From contig JAVJQW010000007.1 of NCBI GenBank assembly GCA_040218735.1, positions 192,001 to 256,000 on the forward strand: a stretch of DNA of 64,000 nt, read 5' to 3'. Of the stretch, positions 28,125 through 38,453 are shown one piece after another; the stretch's first letter is position 1; every line of letters begins with the position of its first letter. The position numbers were made by a program, and so were the translations under genes. The DNA comes from Deltaproteobacteria bacterium (GTDB lineage Bacteria > Myxococcota > Kuafuiibacteriia > Kuafuiibacteriales > Kuafuiibacteriaceae). The notes under the pieces were generated by a model. The model was given only the letters and a program-made list of their open reading frames with translations. It had not been told where the DNA came from and did no database searches.

Positions 28125-29897
28125 ATGCGTGTGCCGGCCTCGATCCTCCTCGCGACGCTCGCCACTTGGGCCGGCGAAGCCCGCGCCGAGCCGCGCGTCG
28201 TCGCCGTCCTCTACTTCGACAACAACACCGGCAAGGCCGACTACGACGTCCTGCAAAAGGGGCTCGCGGACATGATGGTCACGGACCTGTCGTCGGTGGC
28301 GGGGCTGCAGGTGGTGGAGCGCGACAAGTTGGAGTCGTTGCTCGGTGAGCTCGCTCTGCAGAAGTCGAAGTACTTCGACGCGAAGACCGCGGTGAAGATC
28401 GGGCGCGGCCTCGGCGCGAAGTTCGCAGTGACCGGCGCGCTCGCTGCGATCGATCCGCAGATGCGCATCGACATCCGGATGGTCGAGATCGCGACGGGGA
28501 AGATCGTCGTCGCGGACAAGGTCGTGGGCAACAAGGACAAACTCTTCGAGCTGCAGGCGGAGCTCGTCGAGCGCTTCGTCGCCGGGCTCGAGGTGAAGGC
28601 GCCGCCGCGCCGGAAGGTGGGCGGGGTGCCGAACGTCGAGTCGTTGCTCGAGTACAGCAAGAGCGTCGACCTCGCCGACCAGGGCGACGTCGCGAGCGCG
28701 ACCGCGCGCATGAAGGCGCTCGTTCGTAAACACCCGACGTTCGTCCTCGCGCGCGCGAAACAAGCCGAGATGGTGAAGCGCCTCGCCGCCGCGAAGGAGA
28801 AGCGCACGCAGGCGATCCAGCAGAGCGGCATGTCGCTCGAGCGCCGCGCCTCCGCGCACCTCGAGAGCAACGCGCTCCCGCTCGACGACGAGATGAAGGC
28901 GCGTCACCACCTGATGTATCGCGTGGTGCTCGGGTGGTTCCTCGCGCGTGCGCTCGATCCCCACGTCGCGGCGACGAACGTTCGGTACGTCATCCCCGGC
29001 CACGAAGCGGCGGTCGAACGCATCATGGGCGCGCTCCGCGTGAACGCGGAGAAACTCATCGAGGAGGAGGACCGCTACGCGAAGAAGTTCACGAAGAAGC
29101 TCTCCACCGGGCAGATGCACCTCAACACCGACGTGCGCCTCCCGCAGGAGCTCTACGCGGAGGCGCAGAAGTTCGGCGTCCCGGCCTACTCGAACGTGTC
29201 ACCGGTGACGGCGCGTAAGGCGCTCGCGTCGTTGCTGTTGTTCGGCGCCGTGCACGACGGCAAGGATCGTCACGTCATCGCGCCGGTCCCGGCGACGCTG
29301 CACCCCGAGCTGGAGAAACAGGGCTTCGCTGCGCTCGAGGCGGCGTACCGCCTCGGCAAGGCGGCGCTGACGGCGCAACCTCACTTGCAGTACGAAGTGA
29401 TCGACACGATGTCCTCCCACGCCGACGCGCTCCTCGCGCGCGAGCGCACCGAGGAGGCGATCGGGAAGCTCCAGCAGATCCTCGACGAGTTCCCGACGTC
29501 GCCGCAGTACGCGCGCGTCGAGAAGCGCATCCAGGTCGAGCTCGGGATGGCCTACGACCACTACCGCTCGCGCTACGCCGGGTTCGTGAAGGCGTTCGAG
29601 ACCTGCGAGGACATGGAGTTTCGGAAGGGCTTCGACAGCTACCTCGGCGGCCGTGTTGCGCTGTACGGGCGCGCCGCGGTCGAGGACACCGTGGCGCGCA
29701 TCGAGAAGGCCTGCCGGAGCAACGGGAAGCTGCGGGATCATTTCTGGGCGTTTGTGTACATTCACGCCGGCCTGTACGGCGGGACGCGCGGGGACTGCGC
29801 GTTGTTCGAGTCGATGGCGAAGAAATACCTCGCGGCGAACGGGTCCCCGACGGACCTGGCGGGGTACCGCAAGAACTACCTGAAGAAGTGCAAGTGA
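28125..29897 (+). CDS. Secreted CsgG/HfaB(FlgO)-like domain plus TPR-like helical protein
   Basis: Signal peptide (ARA), VAVLYFDN..KGLADMMVTDL..VVERDKL..TAVKIGRGLGA, then helical repeats (EAIGKLQQILDEFP). Confidence 0.8.
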   Translation: MRVPASILLATLATWAGEARAEPRVVAVLYFDNNTGKADYDVLQKGLADMMVTDLSSVAGLQVVERDKLESLLGELALQKSKYFDAKTAVKIGRGLGAKFAVTGALAAIDPQMRIDIRMVEIATGKIVVADKVVGNKDKLFELQAELVERFVAGLEVKAPPRRKVGGVPNVESLLEYSKSVDLADQGDVASATARMKALVRKHPTFVLARAKQAEMVKRLAAAKEKRTQAIQQSGMSLERRASAHLESNALPLDDEMKARHHLMYRVVLGWFLARALDPHVAATNVRYVIPGHEAAVERIMGALRVNAEKLIEEEDRYAKKFTKKLSTGQMHLNTDVRLPQELYAEAQKFGVPAYSNVSPVTARKALASLLLFGAVHDGKDRHVIAPVPATLHPELEKQGFAALEAAYRLGKAALTAQPHLQYEVIDTMSSHADALLARERTEEAIGKLQQILDEFPTSPQYARVEKRIQVELGMAYDHYRSRYAGFVKAFETCEDMEFRKGFDSYLGGRVALYGRAAVEDTVARIEKACRSNGKLRDHFWAFVYIHAGLYGGTRGDCALFESMAKKYLAANGSPTDLAGYRKNYLKKCK

Positions 29898-29899
29898 GC

Positions 29900-31243
29900 A
29901 TGGCAGACGACAAACACCTCGAAGAACAGATCCGGCGCCTGGAGACCCTCGCGCCGTCGTTCGGTCGCGCGCGCCCGGACATCGACGCCATCTGCTCCCG
30001 CGGACGCGCCGCGGACTACCGCGGCGTCCTGCAGAACACCCGGCTCGTCGTGGAGACGCTGCTTCGCGCGATCTACGCGAAGAAGAAGCAGACGCCCGGC
30101 AAACAGACGCTGGAGCAGCTCCTCAACAAACTCAAGGACGAGCTGCCCACGAACATCCAGGTTCACACGCGGACGATTCAGGCGTGGGGCAACGTCGGCG
30201 CGCACGATCACTCCGAGGATCTGTTCGGCCAGGGCGTGGAGTTCTCCCGCGACGAGGCGCTCGCGAGCCTCAACTCGCTGATCGTCGTGTTGGAGTGGTA
30301 CCTCGCCGCGCACCTCGACGGCGGGGCTTCGGTGCCGCAGCCGCCGGCGTCCGCGTCGGGGCCCGCGAAGCCGGCGGCGCCCTCGTCGGGCGGCGGTTCG
30401 AAGATGGTCGCGATCGCCGGAGGTGTGGTGGTGCTCGCGGTGGCCGGCGCCGTCGCCTTGAACCTGATGGGCGGCGATCCGGACCCGGTCGAAGAGAAGG
30501 TCGACCTCGCGTCGCTCGACCGGGCCTACGACGCCGCGAAACAGCCGGCGCCACCCGCGACGTGCCGCACGAAGTCCGCGGCCGAGGCGAAGAACCTCGT
30601 CCAGGCGATGGGGCTCCTCGCCGACGGTCGTTCGCGTGGCGCGCGCGCCGAGGACGACCAGGCGCGCAAGCTGCTCGAGCCGCACGCCGAGCAGAGCCCG
30701 TCCGCCGAGCTGTGGGGGGTGCTCGCGCGCGCGCGGCTGTACACCGGCGCCGACTCCGCGTTGGTGCTCGACGCGGTCGACCACGCGACGAAGGTCTGTC
30801 CGAGCTGGGCGGAGCCGCACAACCTGAAAGGCAACTTGCACGTGGTCGAAAACGATCTCGACGCGGCGAAGAACGCGTACCTGCGCGCGGCGAAGGCGGC
30901 GCCGCATTACTTGGCGCCGCGGTTCAACCTGGGGCTCGTGCTGCTGAAGTCCGGCGCGACGAAGGAAGCGATCGCGGAGCTCGACGCGGTGATCTCGCAG
31001 GACCCGGACTTCGACGTCGCCTACGGCGCACGCGGCCGCGCGCGGTTGGTCGACCAACAGACCGACGCGGCGATCGCGGATCTCGAGGAGGCGCTCCGCC
31101 GCAACCCGAAGGACGGCGCCACCGCGATGGTCCTCGGGCAGGCGCTGCGTCAGAAGGGCGAAGCCGAGAAGTCCAACGTCTACTTCTGTCAGGCGAGCCG
31201 GCTCGGCGTCCCCGGTGCGGAGTCGCTCTGCAGCACCGAGTGA
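29900..31243 (+). CDS. DUF4145 (HEPN-like)-TM-TPR protein
   Basis: TRLVVETLL...IQAWGNVGAH...VLEWY, Pro/Ser linker, TM (VAIAGGVVVLAVAGAVAL), TPRs (FNLGLVLL, AYGARGRA, AIADLEEALRRNP). Confidence 0.8.
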   Translation: MADDKHLEEQIRRLETLAPSFGRARPDIDAICSRGRAADYRGVLQNTRLVVETLLRAIYAKKKQTPGKQTLEQLLNKLKDELPTNIQVHTRTIQAWGNVGAHDHSEDLFGQGVEFSRDEALASLNSLIVVLEWYLAAHLDGGASVPQPPASASGPAKPAAPSSGGGSKMVAIAGGVVVLAVAGAVALNLMGGDPDPVEEKVDLASLDRAYDAAKQPAPPATCRTKSAAEAKNLVQAMGLLADGRSRGARAEDDQARKLLEPHAEQSPSAELWGVLARARLYTGADSALVLDAVDHATKVCPSWAEPHNLKGNLHVVENDLDAAKNAYLRAAKAAPHYLAPRFNLGLVLLKSGATKEAIAELDAVISQDPDFDVAYGARGRARLVDQQTDAAIADLEEALRRNPKDGATAMVLGQALRQKGEAEKSNVYFCQASRLGVPGAESLCSTE

Positions 31244-31244
31244 G

Positions 31245-32072
31245 TCACTCGGCGATCGTGCACCAGTCCGGGAACGTGTTCGCCGGGAGGCCGTCCGCGT
31301 AGGGAGAGGGCTCGCCGCGGACGTGGTCGCGGAGGAACGGCCACACCATGTCGGGCATCGGCGGGAGCTGGTGCCCGAAGTCACCTTCGCAGTGGACGAT
31401 GAAGCTGCCGTCGTTGCGCAGGCCGTTCGAGAGTTGGCGGGTGCGGTCGGCGAAGTCGAAGCCGCCGCAGCACACGTCGGAGTCGCCGCCCCACACCAAC
31501 ATGCCGGGGAGCGCGCGCTCGGGGGTGTCGTAGTCGCCGATCAAGCCGCCGGAGAGCGGCGCGAACGCGGCGATGTGCCCGGCGCGGTGTTGCACGAGCT
31601 CGCTGATGAACAGCGCGCCCATGCTGTGGCCGGTGACCCAGACGCGGTCGAGGTCCACGTCGTGCTCGGACGTGAGGCACGCGAGCACGTCGTCGAAGAG
31701 CCGGATGTCGACGTTGTCGGCGGCGGGCGCGCTCTGGTCCCACATCGCGCCGGAGCCGGCGGCGGTGAACGGCGAGATCACCCAGACGTTGTCGGTGGCG
31801 CTGATGCCGGTCAGGCCGGTCCAGTCGATCGCTTGGTCCGGTTCGCCGCCGAGCCAGTGCCACGTGAAGATTACCGGTGCGCCGTCGGGGGTCTGCGGAA
31901 CCCGCGCGAGGAAGCGGCGGTCTTCGCCGGAGGAGGAGATGGTGTTCTCGCCGCTGACGAAGGTCGGGCAGTCGCCCTCGAACTTCGGAGGGTCGGGCGT
32001 CGGGCCGTCGCGGTTCTCGGTGCCGCCACACGCGACGAGGCTCGCGAAGATGAAGAGGCGCGCCCGCATCAC
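31245..32072 (-). CDS. Alpha/beta-hydrolase lipoprotein (PHB depolymerase/feruloyl esterase-like)
   Basis: Lipobox LVAC, VTGHSMG, GDSD, FGHQ. Confidence 0.82.
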   Translation of the reverse strand: MMRARLFIFASLVACGGTENRDGPTPDPPKFEGDCPTFVSGENTISSSGEDRRFLARVPQTPDGAPVIFTWHWLGGEPDQAIDWTGLTGISATDNVWVISPFTAAGSGAMWDQSAPAADNVDIRLFDDVLACLTSEHDVDLDRVWVTGHSMGALFISELVQHRAGHIAAFAPLSGGLIGDYDTPERALPGMLVWGGDSDVCCGGFDFADRTRQLSNGLRNDGSFIVHCEGDFGHQLPPMPDMVWPFLRDHVRGEPSPYADGLPANTFPDWCTIAE

Positions 32073-32761
32073 TGCATCAGCTGGGTGAGGTCGACCTGCG
32101 CGAGCGAGAAGTCGGGCTGCGCGGCGACGACCTTCTTCAGCTCGGCCTTCGCCGTCTTCTTGTCGCCGCGGTCCTTGGCGTCGAGCGCCTTCGCGTAGGT
32201 GAGGGCGGTCTTCATCGGGAGCTTCTTCGGGCGCTTGGTGGTCTTCTTCTTCTTGCGGCGCTTCGGCGCGGCCTTCACCTCGAGCTGCGTGTCGAGGACG
32301 GTCGCGAGCTCACCCACGAGCTTCTGCTCCAGATCCATGAACGTGTCGGGCGCGCCGTTCGTGCCGACCGACTTGATGATCTTGCCGGTCTCCACCTCGA
32401 CGACGCGCGCGTCGATCCGGAGCATCCCCATCACGTCGAAGTACCCGCCGAGGACCATGTACCGCGCGCCGAGGAGCTTGCCGACCTTCGCGGCGGTCTT
32501 CTTGTCGATCGACTTGGAGCGGCCGAGCTTCAGCTCGTCGAGGATCTCCTGCAGGCGATCGCGCTCCACGATCTGGTACGCCTCGCTCCCAGAGAGATCC
32601 GAGATCAACATCTGCGCGAGCCCCTTCTTCAGGAGGCCCATCTGATCGTCTTTGCCCTGGTAGTCGAAGTAGAGAATCGCGACGGTGGGTTTCGTCGCGG
32701 CCCGGGCCACCGACGGCGCCGCGAACGTGAGCGCGGCCAGGAGCAGGAGCGGTTTCCTCAC
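32069..32761 (-). CDS. Secreted CsgG/HfaB(FlgO)-like protein with short TPR-like tail
   Basis: VAILYFDY..KGLAQMLISDL..IVERDRL..TAAKVGKLLGA; clear paralogue of the N-terminus of 28125..29897. Confidence 0.82.
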   Translation of the reverse strand: MRKPLLLLAALTFAAPSVARAATKPTVAILYFDYQGKDDQMGLLKKGLAQMLISDLSGSEAYQIVERDRLQEILDELKLGRSKSIDKKTAAKVGKLLGARYMVLGGYFDVMGMLRIDARVVEVETGKIIKSVGTNGAPDTFMDLEQKLVGELATVLDTQLEVKAAPKRRKKKKTTKRPKKLPMKTALTYAKALDAKDRGDKKTAKAELKKVVAAQPDFSLAQVDLTQLMQ

Positions 32762-34094
32762 TCGCGCACCTTACCGATCTTGGCGTCCGCGGTGAATCGC
32801 AGAAGGGCCGGGCGCATCGGATCCGCGACCGTGTCGTCGATCACCAGCACAAACGGCTCGATCGCGGTGTGCCCGGGCTGGGTCGAGAGCTTCCAGTACA
32901 AGACGCCCGCGAAGAAGTCCTCGTAGTCGGGCGCCACGTCCGCGAGCGCGTGCACGGCCACCGCGCGCTCGTCGGGGGCCTCGGGGCGCTCCGGCCAGAG
33001 GACGAGCTTCGGGGTGCCGCCGAGGTAGAGCACGTCGAACACACCACTCGCCCACGGCGCGGAGGTCGCGCCGAGGCACGGCCGGTACCCCAGCTCCGTG
33101 AAGAGCACGGGGTGTCGTTCGAGCTTTCGGGTGCGCCGGAAGGCGGCGATGCCGTCGAGCGCGCGGCGCCACCCCTTGGCGAGCGTCGCGCGGTCGGTCG
33201 GGTCGAGCCCCTCGCGCAGCGGGAAGTACGCGTTGACGCCGATGAGATCGAGGGCGTCCCAGAACCCGACACCGGCGTACTGATCGAAGTTCGCGGCGTA
33301 GGTCAGCTTACCCGGGAACGAGCGGCGCGTTCGTTCGATCAGCGCGCGCCACTTCTTGTCGAGCCGCGCACGGCGCGCGTTGATCGCGGCGATCGGATCC
33401 GGCGCGCCGAGGTGCGCCGTGATCTCGGCCCACTCGCGCCACGCGGCGGACTGATCGCGGAGGTACGCCGCGGCGTCGACGTAGTCCCCCGCGCCGGCGG
33501 CGGCGAGGTGACGCGGTTCGAGCTCTTCGGAGTCGATGACCGCCGCGTGCGAGCGCGCCTGCTCGGTCGGGTCGAGGTAGTAACGTTCGAGATCCGGGAT
33601 CGTCGTGACGGGTTGGGTGTTGGTCAGCGCGCTCATCTCACTCGCGATGCCGAGGACGTCGGCGCCCTCGCGCGCGGCGATGCGCGCCCACTTGTCGACG
33701 AACTCACCGTAGCGATCGAACCACGCGTCCAGGTCGTCATCGCGCGGGTGAATCATCCCGTGCCAGAGGAAGCGGTTGCGTGGGTACGCGTGGTCGAGCG
33801 CGACGCGGAGGATCAACACGACCTTCAGCCCGAGCGTCTTCGCGAGGCGCATCTCCGCCGCGACGGCGCGCTCGTCGCCCCCGAGCCGCAGGCGCGCGGA
33901 GTCCCAGTCCTCCTGCGTCGCGTAGACGGTGAGCTCCACCGTGTCGAACCCCGCGTCCGCGAGCTTCGTCAGCCACACGAGGTGGTCGGGTTCGTTGACC
34001 TGGATGCCGCCGACGAAACGCTCGGGCTGCGGCGGCGCGGGCTCCGGCGCCTTCTTCGTGCACGCGCCCAGCGCCAGGAGGAGGGCGAGTCGCC

Positions 34095-34098
<4 letters not shown>
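32758..34098 (-). CDS. GH113-like (TIM-barrel) glycoside hydrolase lipoprotein
   Basis: Lipobox [42 protein letters not shown]. Confidence 0.75.
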
Positions 34099-35534
<1,436 letters not shown>

Positions 35535-35586
35535 GGCGCCGACGATTAACCACCCGCATCCCGCGAAACAAGCGTAGGCTCCCGCG

Positions 35587-36306
35587 GTGGCTCCGCGTGG
35601 CGTGCTCTTCGACAAGGACGGGACCCTGATCGACTTCTTCGCGATGTGGGTCCCCGCGTACGAGGAGGCGGCGCAGCGCGTCGTCGAGCGCATGGGGCGC
35701 CCCGAGCTCCTCGAGCCGATCCTCCGCTCCGGCGGTTACGACGCCGCGACGAAACACGTCACGCCCGGCTCGGTGCTCGCGAGCGGAACCAACCAGGAGG
35801 TCGTCGACGCGTGGGCCACCGCCGCCGGCGACGCCTGGGACGACGCCCTCGCCGCGGTGGTCCACGAGACCTTCCACGCCCACGCCCTGAGGCCCCCGAA
35901 GCCCACCGCGGATCTGTTCGCGGTGTTCTCGGCGCTCCGCGAGCAGGGCGTCGCGGTCGGCGTCGCGACGATGGACGCCCACGCCTCCGCCGAGGCCGCC
36001 CTGACGCAGCTCGGCGTACGGGGTCTCGTGGACGTGGTGCTCGGGTCCGACGACGTGGAGCACCCCAAACCCGCGCCGGACATGGTCTTGGACTTCGCCC
36101 GGGCCGTGAACGTCGACCCGGCCGAGGTGGTGATGGTCGGTGACTCGCCGATCGACCTGATGATGGGCCGGGCGGCGGGGGTCGCGGCGACCGTCGGCGT
36201 GCTCACCGGGCCCAGTGGTCACGCGGACTTGGCGCCCCACGCGGACCACGTGGTCGCCTCCGTGGCCGCATTCACCGAAGGCGCGTTTTTCTGGCAGACC
36301 ACCTGA
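35587..36306 (+). CDS. HAD family hydrolase (phosphoglycolate phosphatase-like)
   Basis: [21 protein letters not shown]. Confidence 0.9.
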   Translation: MAPRGVLFDKDGTLIDFFAMWVPAYEEAAQRVVERMGRPELLEPILRSGGYDAATKHVTPGSVLASGTNQEVVDAWATAAGDAWDDALAAVVHETFHAHALRPPKPTADLFAVFSALREQGVAVGVATMDAHASAEAALTQLGVRGLVDVVLGSDDVEHPKPAPDMVLDFARAVNVDPAEVVMVGDSPIDLMMGRAAGVAATVGVLTGPSGHADLAPHADHVVASVAAFTEGAFFWQTT

Positions 36307-36327
36307 CAGGCTGGGGTCCAACCCCAC

Positions 36328-37773
36328 ATGAAGCGCTCGGGGACCGCGGCGTTGGCCGCCCTCTCGATGGCGTGGGGGGCGACGGCGTTCGCGAAACCCA
36401 TCGCGCCATCCCTCGTCTGCACCCAGTACCCGGAGGCTCCGGTGTGTATCGGCGGCCAGCCGGCCTGCACGTTCTGCCACACCACGCCGCCCGCGAGGAA
36501 CGCGTTCGGCGCGCAGGTCGAGGCCGAGCTGCTCCCGGACACGGAGCGCCCGCTCTCGGACGCGGACTTCTCGACGGGGCTGCCCGCCGCGCTCGCGACG
36601 GTCGAGGCGAAGGACGCCGACGGCGACACCTACACGAACCTCGACGAGCTCCTCGCCGGCACTTACCCCGCCGACAAGGACAGCGTGCCCGCGGCCGACG
36701 GGTGCCCGACGTCGAGCGACGCGAACGGCGGCTACGACGTCTGCAACTACGACGCGCGTTACGTCTACAAGAAGCTCCACCTCGACTTCTGCGGGACGAC
36801 GGTCGCCTACGATCGACTGAAGGCGTTCGAAGTCCTCGAGGACAAGGACGCCGAGATCCAGGACGCGCTCGGTCGTTGCCTCGACAGCGAGCACTGGCGC
36901 GGACAGGACGGCGTGCTCTACCGACTCGCGCACAAGAAGATCCGCCCCGCGCAGTCGATCAAGTCGGGCGCCGGCGCGGGTGACCTCCCGCTCGCCGACT
37001 ACGACGACGACTACTACTTGTTCGTCTACACCCAGACCGACGACCGCGACGCACGCGAGCTGCTCACCGCGCAGTACTTCGTCGAAGCCGAGGCGGGGCC
37101 GCCCACGGTCTACCGCACCTACCAGCGCACGCCGTTCCAGGATCTTCAGCAGCGCGGCGCGCAGGTCGCGCAGCTCGTCGACGCGGATCGCCGCGCCGGG
37201 ATGCTCACAACGCGCTGGAACCTGATGTTCAACACGATGTTCACGCCCATCCCCCGCACCACCGCCGCGCAGGCGTACCGCGCGTACCTCGGCCTCGACA
37301 TCGCGCGCATGGAGGGCCTCGAAGACGTGCCCAACGAACCCGCGGACTACGATCAGAAGGGTGTGCAGGCGGAGGCTTGCCGGCGCTGCCACGCGACGCT
37401 CGACCCGCTGACCTACCCCTTCACGCGGTACTCCGGCTTCAACGGCGGCACGCCGTTCTCGTACGCGCCGAACCGCATGAACAACATGGCGAACGGCCGC
37501 AACGATCCGCTGCGCGACACGCCCGAGGCGGGGGTGCTCTTCGGCCAGCAGGTCGACGACTTGGTGCAGTGGGCGAACGTCGCCGCCAACAGCGATCAGT
37601 TCGCGAAGGCGACGGTGCTCGACTACTGGCAGCTCCTCCTCGGCGAGCCTCCGCGCCCGACCGAGCAGGAAGCCTTCGATCGCCTCTGGCGCAACCTCGA
37701 GACCGAACACGACTACAGCGTGGAGCGAATGCTCCGCGAGCTCGTGACCACGGAGGCCTACGGTGTCCCGTAA
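36328..37773 (+). CDS. Secreted c-type cytochrome-like protein with two CxxCH motifs (DUF1588/DUF1585-like C-terminus)
   Basis: Signal peptide (AFA), CTFCH, DADGDTYTNLDE, CRRCHATLDPL. Confidence 0.78.
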   Translation: MKRSGTAALAALSMAWGATAFAKPIAPSLVCTQYPEAPVCIGGQPACTFCHTTPPARNAFGAQVEAELLPDTERPLSDADFSTGLPAALATVEAKDADGDTYTNLDELLAGTYPADKDSVPAADGCPTSSDANGGYDVCNYDARYVYKKLHLDFCGTTVAYDRLKAFEVLEDKDAEIQDALGRCLDSEHWRGQDGVLYRLAHKKIRPAQSIKSGAGAGDLPLADYDDDYYLFVYTQTDDRDARELLTAQYFVEAEAGPPTVYRTYQRTPFQDLQQRGAQVAQLVDADRRAGMLTTRWNLMFNTMFTPIPRTTAAQAYRAYLGLDIARMEGLEDVPNEPADYDQKGVQAEACRRCHATLDPLTYPFTRYSGFNGGTPFSYAPNRMNNMANGRNDPLRDTPEAGVLFGQQVDDLVQWANVAANSDQFAKATVLDYWQLLLGEPPRPTEQEAFDRLWRNLETEHDYSVERMLRELVTTEAYGVP

Positions 37774-38440
37774 TCTGACCCTCGCACTGCTCTTGTTCTC
37801 GGCCGGGTGCATGGCCGACGCCGTGACGCCCGCGGACGAACCGCCGGACACGACGCCACCGACCACGATGCCGCCGCCGACGAACAACCCGCCGGTCGAC
37901 ACCATCGTGCCGTCGAACAACGCGCGCGTGCGGTTCAAGGGCGGACAGCGTTTCGCCGCCGCGCTCGCGTCGGGGCTCGAGCTCGCGCCCGCCGAGGTGT
38001 GCCAGGAGCTCGGGCAGTACGACTGCGTCGACGCCGTGCACAACATCGCGCTCGGTGGGATCGAGCCGTACCGGAACGGCATCCTCGAGCCGCTGCCCGA
38101 GACGACGGTGACCACGCCGATCGCCGCGGACCGCGTCGCGCTCGCCGCGTGCACCACGCGCGCCGAGAAGGACTTCGCCGACCTCCCGAACGCGAAGATC
38201 TTCGCGGGGCTCACGGTCGCGGAGGGGGCGTTGGCCGACGTCGACGACGCTTCCGTCGAAGCGGTGGTCCAGCGCCTCTACCAGCGGCTCGTCACGCGGG
38301 ACGCCACGACCGAAGAGGTCGAGGCGCTCCGTGGGCTCTACCGCGAGATGGCGGCGACGCCGACCGCGGACCTCGCCGAAGCGTGGGCGGCCGTCAGCTG
38401 CTACGCGATCGCTTCCACCATGGAAGCGCTGTTCTACTGA
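37763..38440 (+). CDS. Hypothetical lipoprotein
   Basis: Lipobox SAGC, Pro/Thr linker, CQELGQYDC; overlaps the upstream gene by 11 nt. Confidence 0.78.
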   Translation: MSRNLTLALLLFSAGCMADAVTPADEPPDTTPPTTMPPPTNNPPVDTIVPSNNARVRFKGGQRFAAALASGLELAPAEVCQELGQYDCVDAVHNIALGGIEPYRNGILEPLPETTVTTPIAADRVALAACTTRAEKDFADLPNAKIFAGLTVAEGALADVDDASVEAVVQRLYQRLVTRDATTEEVEALRGLYREMAATPTADLAEAWAAVSCYAIASTMEALFY

Positions 38441-38453
38441 AGGGAACGAATCG

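Noticed and set aside
28125-32761. Curli biogenesis locus
   Set aside because: No curlin repeats or csgE/F, and the CsgG-like proteins lack lipoboxes.
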